This document shows, in pieces, positions 1-7,986 of a stretch of 61,562 bases of DNA. Each line of letters starts with the position of its first letter. Position 1 is the first letter of the stretch. Location: assembly GCA_964486225.1 (NCBI GenBank), contig CAZAMQ010000002.1, positions 1-61,562 of the forward strand. The letters are read 5' to 3'. Source of the stretch: an uncultured Thermoplasmata archaeon. GTDB taxonomy: Archaea > Thermoplasmatota > Thermoplasmata > Halarchaeoplasmatales > Halarchaeoplasmataceae. The notes under the pieces were generated by a model, which did not search any database, was not told the DNA's origin, and saw only the letters and a list, made by a program, of their open reading frames with translations. A program made the translations under genes and the position numbers.

Positions 1-103
1 CAATTCATGTCTCTTGACTATATCGGGTAATGACAGGGGGCTTTTCTACAGTCTCTAATCCAAAAAATTTATTACAAACACATCTTTCTTCCAGGGTGTT
101 TAC

Positions 104-1003
104 ATGAAAAAATGGATCACATATCTGATAGTGGCGGTAATCATCGCCTCTATTGTCGGTGTTACAATCGCCTGGACTTCTTTACCTGAAGACGAAGAGG
201 AAATTATTGTCGTTGAGATGGGCGACACCATTACTGTTCACTACACCGGATGGTTGAGGGACGATAGGATATACGACAATAGACGGGTGTTCGATACATC
301 CCTAGATGTTATTTACGAAGAGACCACTGCTACCTTCCAGGATAGGGAAAGGGGAGAGCCATTCAAGTTTACCGTAGGAACAGGAGTCATAGACGGATGG
401 AGCGAGAATGTTCTAGGCATGAAAGAAGGCCAAACTGTGATATCGGATATACCACCAGAGAAGGCATATGACACCCGGACCGATGACTTGATTTATCAGG
501 TTGAAAGAACTGAATATCTTCCCGTGCACGAAACCATTAATTTGAATAAATTCCTCGAAGAGTACGGTATATACCCAAAGATCAACATGGTGGTCGAGGA
601 CACCTTTTGGACCTGGGACAAACTCATCATAGGCGTGGGCCATGAGCACGTGGAACTCAGACATGACCCGGAGGTCGGTCAGTACTACAATGCATACAGC
701 CAGGGAGGTCAGGGTTGGAGTTCAAAGGTCGTCTCGGTGGATTCTTCTGCTAACTCCGGTGAGGGAGAGATAGTGGTTGAGCACCATGTTGATGTAAAAG
801 ACGTAGTGGAGTCAAATCATCTTGAAAAACATGATGACAGATTTGCTGACGTATTGACTATAAAAAGTAATGTCGGCCAATCATCACGACCTGCAGGAGT
901 CGTCGTGGAGATTGATGATAAGATAATTATCGACTTCAACGAAGAGGTTGCCGGAAGAACTTTGACATTCAAGATCACCATTCTCGAGATAACAAAGGGT
1001 TGA
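104..1003 (+). CDS. membrane-anchored FKBP-type peptidyl-prolyl cis-trans isomerase
   Basis: 299-aa ORF. N-terminal TM helix (ITYLIVAVIIASIVGVTIAW), then FKBP core motifs VHYTGWL..FDTS and FKFTVGTGVIDGW..MKEGQ. Confidence 0.8.
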   Translation: MKKWITYLIVAVIIASIVGVTIAWTSLPEDEEEIIVVEMGDTITVHYTGWLRDDRIYDNRRVFDTSLDVIYEETTATFQDRERGEPFKFTVGTGVIDGWSENVLGMKEGQTVISDIPPEKAYDTRTDDLIYQVERTEYLPVHETINLNKFLEEYGIYPKINMVVEDTFWTWDKLIIGVGHEHVELRHDPEVGQYYNAYSQGGQGWSSKVVSVDSSANSGEGEIVVEHHVDVKDVVESNHLEKHDDRFADVLTIKSNVGQSSRPAGVVVEIDDKIIIDFNEEVAGRTLTFKITILEITKG

Positions 1004-1184
1004 GAACTCCCTATATACTATGTATATACTATGTAACGCAATCTAAATGTATAATCGATAAAGTTGATTGATGCAAATGCCGGGGGGAATTTAGAGATGG
1101 TTTCAATCCGGTTACGGGGGTAGCGCAGGAAACGAAAAGTTTCCTCCGACTAGCAGTTTTCACTCGTAAAACTCACAGCAAACT

Positions 1185-1269
1185 GCGGGGGTAGCCAAGC
1201 ATGGCCAACGGCGCTAGATTCAGGGTCTAGTCACATAGGTGTCCGAGGGTTCAAATCCCTCCCCCCGCA
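1185..1269 (+). tRNA. tRNA-Leu (anticodon CAG)
   Basis: 85-nt cloverleaf. Acceptor GCGGGGG/CCCCCGC, anticodon stem CTAGA/TCTAG with loop TTCAGGG, long variable arm, T-arm GAGGG-TTCAAAT-CCCTC. Followed by a T7 run. Confidence 0.9.
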
Positions 1270-1278
1270 TTTTTTTGC

Positions 1279-1661
1279 TTTACGAGTGTAGCGAGGAAAG
1301 TGAAAAAATGGGAGGAAGCTCTGCTTCCTGCAGCATTACTTTTTCTTTGAGTTTCCGAAAAGAAAAATGAATAGCAGGAACCTGTTCCTGCTGCATTTAT
1401 TTGTTTCAGGAGCGTAGCAGATGAAACGGATATAAAGGAGGAACGAGCGTTAACGAGTTCCTCACACATACTTTACTTTTCCAGAGTAGTGAAGGAAAGT
1501 GAATAAAAGTAGGACGACAGTCCTTTGCACTTTTTTACAGGCGGAACTTAGTGGAGGAAAGTGAAAAAGTAAGCAGAGTCTTTGATTCTGTGGCTTTTTT
1601 TATATACACGAGCAAAGTGAAGAAGCTAAAAAGTGGGTGGAGTTTGCATCTTGTGCATAAG
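1279..1661 (+). repeat. six tandem degenerate modules (purine-rich box + variable hairpin + T-run)
   Basis: Units at about 1279-1345, 1346-1403, 1404-1482, 1483-1536, 1537-1601 and 1602-1661. GGAAAGTGAA(A/T)AAA box at 1295, 1494 and 1556. Hairpins AGGAAGC/GCTTCCT, AGCAGGAAC/GTTCCTGCT, GAGGAAC/GTTCCTC, AGGAC/GTCCT, CAGAGTC/GATTCTG. Confidence 0.6.
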
Positions 1662-1689
1662 TCAATCTTTATTTATCTTCAATGAGCAT

Positions 1690-1741
1690 AACCGCATACC
1701 GACCAAAAAATATATAACCGCATACCGACCAAAAAATATAT
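1690..1741 (+). repeat. perfect 26-bp tandem duplication (AACCGCATACCGACCAAAAAATATAT x2) in the FAH-gene promoter region
   Basis: 1690-1715 and 1716-1741 are identical. Each copy ends in an A/T-rich TATA-like AAAAAATATAT. The second copy ends 25 nt before ATG 1767. Confidence 0.9.
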
Positions 1742-1766
1742 TTCTTATCATGCGATTTTATCAGTC

Positions 1767-2501
1767 ATGTTACAGATAAGATTCAAGGATACCACAGGCA
1801 TCATAAGTATAGGAGAATTCTCGGGCAACAGTATACTCCTCGAAGACCGGGAATACTCTCTGAACGAAATTGATGTTCTTCCACCGACACAGCCAAGCAA
1901 GATAGTATGCGTAGGATTGAATTATGCGGACCATGCCGCAGAAACCGCTAGGGAACCTCCATCACGCCCATCGCTCTTTCTCAAACCACCCAATACATTG
2001 GCCGGACACGAAGAGATTATCAGCCTTTTACCCAACATAAAAAGAATAGATTTCGAAGCGGAATTGGGAGTGATCATCGGTAAACGCTGCAGAAATGTAT
2101 CACTCAATAAGGCCATGGATGTGGTGGCGGGATATACATGCGTCAACGACCTATCAAACAGGGACGATCAGAGGAAGGAACAGAACTGGGTAAGAGGAAA
2201 AGCATTCGACAAGTCCGCACCCATGGGGCCTGTTATGGCTTCACCAGATAGTCTTCCCGAAGATGCCAGGATAATCCTCAGGTCCAACGGTATAACAAAG
2301 CAGGATTCATCCGTAGACGATATGATATTCAGTGTCCCCGAATTGATAGCGGAAATAACCCGGTATATGACCTTGGAGACGGGTGATGTCATCTCCACGG
2401 GTACACCGGCAGGTGTAGGACCTATAGAAGACCAGGATGTGGTTGAAGTGGAGATCCAAGGGATCGGTAAACTTACCAACAAATTCATAAAAAAGAAGTA
2501 A
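1767..2501 (+). CDS. fumarylacetoacetate hydrolase (FAH) family protein
   Basis: 244 aa. Motifs VGLNYADHAAE, LFLKPPNTL, FEAELGVIIGK, GYTCVNDLSNRD, RGKAFD, STGTPAGVGP. Confidence 0.85.
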   Translation: MLQIRFKDTTGIISIGEFSGNSILLEDREYSLNEIDVLPPTQPSKIVCVGLNYADHAAETAREPPSRPSLFLKPPNTLAGHEEIISLLPNIKRIDFEAELGVIIGKRCRNVSLNKAMDVVAGYTCVNDLSNRDDQRKEQNWVRGKAFDKSAPMGPVMASPDSLPEDARIILRSNGITKQDSSVDDMIFSVPELIAEITRYMTLETGDVISTGTPAGVGPIEDQDVVEVEIQGIGKLTNKFIKKK

Positions 2502-2518
2502 GGGGGGAAGGGGTTTGT

Positions 2519-4480
2519 CTATTTGCTGACCTGTTCCTTCAGCTTTTCGACGATTTCTGGATTTCTCAGTGTTGATGTATCGCCGGCTTCCTCACCAGCT
2601 TCCAGTTTTTTGAGGATTCTTCGCATGATCTTACCGGATCTCGTTTTGGGTAGGTCCTCCGTGAAATGAACGGTAGCGGGCTTCCCTATCGGACCTATGA
2701 TCTTACCGACGTGATTTCGTAGTTCCTGAACTAACTCGTCGGAACCCTTTCTATCGCCTTCGAGTATGACGTATGCCACGGGCACGTGACCCTTCAATTC
2801 ATCGGGGCTACCAACGACCGCAGCCTCGGCAACTGCGGGATGGTCAACCAAGGCGCTTTCCATCTCCATAGTGCTCAACCTATGACCGGCTACGTTCAAA
2901 ACATCATCGATCCTGCCAACTACCCAGAAATAACCATCTTCGTCTACTCTAGCACCATCACCGGCGAAATAGGTGTTTATACCGTACTCGCTCCAGTAGG
3001 TTTTCTTGAATCTTTCCGGATCTTTATAAAGTGTCCTCAACATCGAGGGCCAGGGTCTTTTCAGTACAAGATATCCGCCCTGATTCGGAGGTAAACTGTT
3101 TCCAGCGGTATCAAAGATATCCGCCTTTATACCTGGGAAAGGTTTCGTGGCGCTTCCAGGCTTAAGATCGGTAATACCGGGTAGTGGTGTGATCAATATC
3201 ATACCTGTTTCGGTCTGCCACCATGTATCTACGATGGGGCAATTACCGCCGCCGATGACATCATAATACCATTCCCATGCCTTGGGATTGATGGGTTCGC
3301 CGACACTTCCCAGAAGTCTAAGGGTTGAAAGATCGCACCTGTCAGGATACTTTCGACCCCACTTCATGAACAGCCTGATAGCGGTGGGTGCCGTGTAAAG
3401 CTTCGTCACTTTGTATTTTTCCACTATCTTCCAGAATCTATCCTTATCAGGGAAATCCGGTGAACCCTCGTACATTATGGTTGTAGTAGCGTTCGCAAGA
3501 GGACCATAAACGATGTAGCTGTGTCCTGTTATCCAACCTATATCAGCTGTACACCAGTACATGTCATCATCTTTGATGTCAAATACCCATTTGTGGGTAG
3601 TCATGGTGCCTGTAAGGTATCCTCCTGTAGTGTGTAGTACACCTTTTGGCTTACCCGTTGTACCACTAGTGTACATAAGGAATAACATATCCTCAGCATC
3701 CATCTGTTCAGGTTCGCATTCTAGAGGTTGATCGTCGACTAGGTCATGGTAATATGTGTCTCTGCCCTCGGATAGCGTGATATCATCTCTACCCAATCTG
3801 TCTACCACGATCACTTTCTGTACAGTAGGAGTACTTTCGAGAGATTCCAAAGCATTTTCCCACATATCTAACTTCTTACCTCGGCGGTAATATCCATCGG
3901 CAGTTACCAGTACCTTAGATTCGGAATCGTGTACCCTATCGGCAAGTGCTGTAGGTGAGAATCCACCGAAGACAACACTATGGGGGGCTCCAATCCGTGC
4001 ACACGCTAAAAGACCGATAGCTAGTTCGGGGATCATAGGTAGATAAAAGGTTACTAGATCTCCTTTTTCGACGCCAAGTTCTTTTAGCCCGTTGGCAAAT
4101 TTACAAACCTCATCTTTCAATTCGGAAAAAGTGTACTGCTTTGATTCGTCCGTAGGTTCTCCTTCCCATATAAGAGCTACTTTGTCCCCTTTGCCGTTTT
4201 CCACATGTCTGTCAACGCAGTTGTATGATACATTTATCTTACCGTTGACAAACCATTTTGCAAAGGGTGCGTCCCACTCTAGAACCTTGTCCCACTTCTT
4301 GTACCAATCGAGCTTCTCTGCTTGTTCCGCCCAGAATTCTTCGTAGTTTTCTTCTGCATATTTGTATATTTCGGGGTCCTTTATGTTCGCTTTTTTCTTG
4401 AATTCCTCAGATGGAGAATAGATGTCACTATCCTCCATTCTCGCTTCTATGTGACTTTCTTTCTTTCCCATTTTTAACAC
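2519..4480 (-). CDS. acs: acetyl-CoA synthetase (AMP-forming acetate--CoA ligase)
   Basis: 653 aa. YTSGTTGKPKGV AMP-binding motif, WWQTETG, YFAGDGARVDEDGYFW, PKTRSGKIMRR. The start may be an internal Met. Confidence 0.9.
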   Translation of the reverse strand: MLKMGKKESHIEARMEDSDIYSPSEEFKKKANIKDPEIYKYAEENYEEFWAEQAEKLDWYKKWDKVLEWDAPFAKWFVNGKINVSYNCVDRHVENGKGDKVALIWEGEPTDESKQYTFSELKDEVCKFANGLKELGVEKGDLVTFYLPMIPELAIGLLACARIGAPHSVVFGGFSPTALADRVHDSESKVLVTADGYYRRGKKLDMWENALESLESTPTVQKVIVVDRLGRDDITLSEGRDTYYHDLVDDQPLECEPEQMDAEDMLFLMYTSGTTGKPKGVLHTTGGYLTGTMTTHKWVFDIKDDDMYWCTADIGWITGHSYIVYGPLANATTTIMYEGSPDFPDKDRFWKIVEKYKVTKLYTAPTAIRLFMKWGRKYPDRCDLSTLRLLGSVGEPINPKAWEWYYDVIGGGNCPIVDTWWQTETGMILITPLPGITDLKPGSATKPFPGIKADIFDTAGNSLPPNQGGYLVLKRPWPSMLRTLYKDPERFKKTYWSEYGINTYFAGDGARVDEDGYFWVVGRIDDVLNVAGHRLSTMEMESALVDHPAVAEAAVVGSPDELKGHVPVAYVILEGDRKGSDELVQELRNHVGKIIGPIGKPATVHFTEDLPKTRSGKIMRRILKKLEAGEEAGDTSTLRNPEIVEKLKEQVSK

Positions 4481-4576
4481 CTGTATTTCAAGTGAACTTT
4501 TGCCGCATATTGGAACTACTATAAAGGTATTTTTGGGGAACTTTGGGGAACATTACATATTAAATCAAAAGTTTAA

Positions 4577-4677
4577 TAGCGGGGAGTGGATTTGAACCAC
4601 TGGTCTCCGGGTACCTCAAACACGTATAATGCGTGTTTTATGAGCCCGACGGGATTTCCTGGCTACCCTACCCCGCT
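4577..4677 (-). tRNA. initiator-type tRNA-Met (CAT) with ~26-nt intron at 37/38
   Basis: Minus-strand sequence AGCGGGG..CCCCGCT-A gives an A1:U72 pair. Anticodon stem TCGGG/CCCGG has three G:C pairs next to loop CTCATA|A. Intron AAACACGCATTATACGTGTTTGAGGT contains a hairpin. T-arm AGTGG-TTCAAAT-CCACT. Mature length 75 nt. Confidence 0.85.
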
Positions 4678-4807
4678 GCTGCGATTATGAAATATATCGA
4701 ATCCCTTACAACCAGTCTTGTATAAAAAATCTTTCCTGACATGTCACACCCATGGGAAAGATTGATATATTGAATGATAATTTAGGTAGTAGGATAAGGG
4801 AAAGTCT

Positions 4808-5836
4808 ATGGAGCCGAAAGACATTATAAAAAATAACACACGAAAAGAGATGAACCACATGGCTGAAACTCTAGGTGCTGACAATCCTGAAGGGTACCCT
4901 AACAAAGCTGCACTGGCGGAAGAGTTGATACAGCTATTGGAAGACGATGAGACTCATAATAAGATCTCGGGATATATTAAAGATATAAAATCTACACTTA
5001 AAAATGCAAGAAATGCCGAATTCGATATCAAAAATTTTAAAGAAAATTTTAAAGAACTTATGAATACGAAGAAAGAGGGAGACATATTTAAGGTTCTTGA
5101 TATGATAGAAGATGTAAATAAACAAGGTGAAGATATAATCATACTGGATGGCTTGGTGAAAAACACCAAAGAACGGATCAAAGATATTAATGGTGAACAA
5201 ACTCGTGAAGAGTTTAACGAAAAATTGAAAGATATATTAGATGCTTGCGGGCAAGGCCAATACGCTCAATCAAAGGCTGATTGCGAAAGATTAAGAGAAG
5301 ATATCAATACCTTTATCGAAGAGCAAGACGATTATGAAAAAAAGTTGCTAGAAAATCTTGATATCGCAAAAGAACGGTTATCCATATTGCGCGATACGAA
5401 GATCGAAATCGATCATGTAAAAAAACTCATTCACAATGCAGTAGATGCTCATAAGGCAGGTGATCTTAATAGAAGTTTTGAAAATATTGAGGAGGCACTT
5501 AAATGTTCAGAATATATCCTGGCAATCTACGAAAAGATCAAGGAAGGTAAGAAACAAATTAAAAAGATACAAGAGAGCGGCAAGAAGATAGATGACTACC
5601 TAGAGGTGCTTAAGAAGGGAAAGAAAAAGGCAGATGAAAAAGAGTATAAACATGCCATGCAAATTTTAGATGACGCGCTAATTGAGATAGAGAGGGATCA
5701 AGAAGAAGTTTTGAAACGTGAGGAAAATAAGATAAACCAAACAACACTAAAGATCAATAATATTTACAAGAAAATAGTCGCTATAGAAAAGGCACTACAG
5801 CATGTTAAAAAAGACCTGGAGAATCTTAACAAATAA
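4808..5836 (+). CDS. hypothetical K/E-rich coiled-coil protein
   Basis: 342-aa ORF with long heptad-like charged sequence. No recognisable catalytic motif. Confidence 0.5.
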   Translation: MEPKDIIKNNTRKEMNHMAETLGADNPEGYPNKAALAEELIQLLEDDETHNKISGYIKDIKSTLKNARNAEFDIKNFKENFKELMNTKKEGDIFKVLDMIEDVNKQGEDIIILDGLVKNTKERIKDINGEQTREEFNEKLKDILDACGQGQYAQSKADCERLREDINTFIEEQDDYEKKLLENLDIAKERLSILRDTKIEIDHVKKLIHNAVDAHKAGDLNRSFENIEEALKCSEYILAIYEKIKEGKKQIKKIQESGKKIDDYLEVLKKGKKKADEKEYKHAMQILDDALIEIERDQEEVLKREENKINQTTLKINNIYKKIVAIEKALQHVKKDLENLNK

Positions 5837-5897
5837 AATTTCACCATCGGTCAATAACCTTTTTATTAACCTGCGCAATCGCTATAGGCGTGTTAAG

Positions 5898-6635
5898 ATG
5901 AACAAAAAGATATGTCTTGCTACATGTATCATGGTCATGATGAGTTTGATACTGATGTCCGGAAATATGGTAAAGGCTAGTGATAATCCCGTTGCGGTTA
6001 TCGAAACCAACAAAGGTACTATCAGAGTAGAGCTATACCAGGACGATGCCCCCATCACCGTTCAGAACTTCATCAGATATGCTGAAGACGGATTCTACGA
6101 CGGATTGTTATTCCACAGAGTTATCAGCAATTTCATGATACAGGGCGGTGGATTCAGACCGGGTATGGAATATGTAGAACCCACATATGATCCCATAACC
6201 AACGAAGCTTCGATAAGCGGTCACCGAAACAATCGAGGAACCATAGCAATGGCGAGGACAGACGATCCTCATTCTGCTACCAGCCAGTTCTACATCAACC
6301 TAGCAAACAATAATAATCTCGATTATGATGCAGGAGTTTACTGCGTATTCGGTAAAGTCATAGATGGTATGGATGTTGTTGATTCTATCGCTACCGTTCA
6401 AACGACATCCGTAGGTGGATACGAAGATGTGCCAGTTGACGATGTTGTGATACAAAGTGTAACTGTTTCTGATTCCGCGCCCTCGAACGGTGAAGATTCT
6501 GTTAACGGTGATGATTCGGAGCCCTTCTACAAAAACATACTATTCCTGCAGATACTCGCTTCAGTCATAGTCGCAGCGGTGATCATATTATTCTTGCGAC
6601 ACCGAGAGAACATAGAAGAGGAAGGGAAAGATTAG
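5898..6635 (+). CDS. secreted, C-terminally anchored cyclophilin-type peptidyl-prolyl isomerase
   Basis: Internal ATG 5898 gives signal peptide MNKKICLATCIMVMMSLILMSG. Cyclophilin motifs FHRVISNFMIQGGGF, GTIAMARTDDPHSATSQFYINL. C-terminal TM helix. Confidence 0.85.
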   Translation: MNKKICLATCIMVMMSLILMSGNMVKASDNPVAVIETNKGTIRVELYQDDAPITVQNFIRYAEDGFYDGLLFHRVISNFMIQGGGFRPGMEYVEPTYDPITNEASISGHRNNRGTIAMARTDDPHSATSQFYINLANNNNLDYDAGVYCVFGKVIDGMDVVDSIATVQTTSVGGYEDVPVDDVVIQSVTVSDSAPSNGEDSVNGDDSEPFYKNILFLQILASVIVAAVIILFLRHRENIEEEGKD

Positions 6636-7405
6636 TCTTCTTCATCGGCCACCATATGAAATCCGCAGGATTTCAGCTGTTTTAAAGGTGTTTCTACGCT
6701 GTCGTACCACTGTCCCCATTTACGGGAGATATGTTCGGTCCAGCTGTAGTCGTCGTAGGTAAATCTATCTTCTTCGTCACCCGTCAAATTAATTTTGGCG
6801 TCAAGTTTACGATAATAGTCCTGTTCAAGGTATCCTTCGTCCATCTCATCCACTGCCTTTTCGATTAAGTCGTCGGTAAGTTCCGGATACTCGTTTTCGA
6901 ACAAAACAAAATCCATGGGATACCTAGGCCTTGGAGGTTCGTTTTCATCGGGATATCCCATGGCAAGCTGTACCAGTGGAAACACTTTATCAGGTAGATT
7001 GTATTCTTTCTTGATACTATCTGCGATATATATGGCTCTTCCCAAAAAAACACTTCCGATACCCATGCTTTCCCCTGCGGTGACCATGTTCTGTGCCATA
7101 TAGGCTGCATCCTGGATACCGAAGAGCAATAGAGAGAGGTCGTTGGTAACCATCTTCCACCCTTTTTTCTCCATTATCTTTTTCATCTTGTGTATATCGA
7201 CACAGATAGTGAACAGGAGGGGCGCTTTGAAGGGATGTTTTTCTCTGTCGCGTGATAAGAGAACGCTGTAGAGCTGAGATACGAAGGGGGCCTGCTGGCC
7301 GGCTCTGACTATCAACTCGATCTCATCCTGGGTCGGGGATTCATCTTTGTATTTTCTCACCGATCTGTGATTCAGTATCGTGGTGATTACTTGATTTCCT
7401 CTCAT
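6632..7405 (-). CDS. nitroreductase family protein
   Basis: 257 aa. N-terminal ILNHRSVRKY signature and overall nitroreductase-like layout. Confidence 0.7.
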   Translation of the reverse strand: MRGNQVITTILNHRSVRKYKDESPTQDEIELIVRAGQQAPFVSQLYSVLLSRDREKHPFKAPLLFTICVDIHKMKKIMEKKGWKMVTNDLSLLLFGIQDAAYMAQNMVTAGESMGIGSVFLGRAIYIADSIKKEYNLPDKVFPLVQLAMGYPDENEPPRPRYPMDFVLFENEYPELTDDLIEKAVDEMDEGYLEQDYYRKLDAKINLTGDEEDRFTYDDYSWTEHISRKWGQWYDSVETPLKQLKSCGFHMVADEED

Positions 7406-7555
7406 ATTATCGAGATACTATCGGCGAATACGTACATAAAGGTATTTGATTACGCAAAATCATAGCTTACTGCACCCATTATATTCGTTCGAAAACACTC
7501 AAGAATAATAATGGCACCGATGAATAAAAGATTCATCTTGCTTTACAATTTATTG

Positions 7556-7595
7556 CGCTAACGCTCAATAAATATGTAAAACGCCGAGGGGAAGA
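7556..7595 (-). repeat. partial duplicate of tRNA-Ser 3' end plus its 3' flank
   Basis: CGCTAACGCTCAATAAATATGTAAAACGCCGAGGGGAAGA (7556-7595) versus CGCTACGCTCAAAATAAAAAAACGCCGAGGGGGAGA (7697-7732). Confidence 0.7.
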
Positions 7596-7718
7596 CAAGC
7601 TAAGCTCCGCTTAGCGAGCTGGGGGAATACGAAGTATTTGCCCAAGTTTTCGAATCTCTCCTGAAAGTGAACGTTACTCTTGTCAAAACATTTTTTCGCT
7701 ACGCTCAAAATAAAAAAA

Positions 7719-7823
7719 CGCCGAGGGGGAGATTCGAACTCCCGAGGCGGGGGTCCGCCACCGGCTTGCTTGGAAAGACGGCTCTCAAGGCCGGCGCCTT
7801 GGTCCGGGCTTAGCTACCTCGGC
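7719..7823 (-). tRNA. tRNA-Ser (anticodon TGA) with ~17-nt intron at 37/38
   Basis: Minus strand: GCCGAGG acceptor, anticodon stem CCGGC/GCCGG, loop CTTGAG|A interrupted by AGCCGTCTTTCCAAGCA. Long variable arm GGCGG-ACCC-CCGCC. T-arm GGGAG-TTCGAAT-CTCCC. Mature length 88 nt. Confidence 0.85.
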
Positions 7824-7986
7824 ATGTAGAGCATATGTTGAGCTCGTGAGAGGGACACATAAGAGGATGTTCAATCCTCGATATGTTGGGTGGTCTCCAA
7901 TACTCCAATGGATAAAAATACTTTGGTTTGATTCTACGGATCACCAAAAAAATGTTATTAAATGAACATATGATAACAAAGAACCC

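Noticed and set aside
1251-1469. 72-aa minus-strand ORF overlapping the tRNA-Leu 3' end
   Set aside because: It runs through the tRNA and the repeat array. Its sequence is dictated by the repeats (poly-A/S/F), so it is not credible as a gene.
1279-1661. Possibility that the tRNA-Leu-linked array is a CRISPR array
   Set aside because: The conserved parts are degenerate and unequal in length. The variable parts are self-complementary hairpins rather than spacers. Unit length varies from 54 to 79 bp. No cas genes are in the window.
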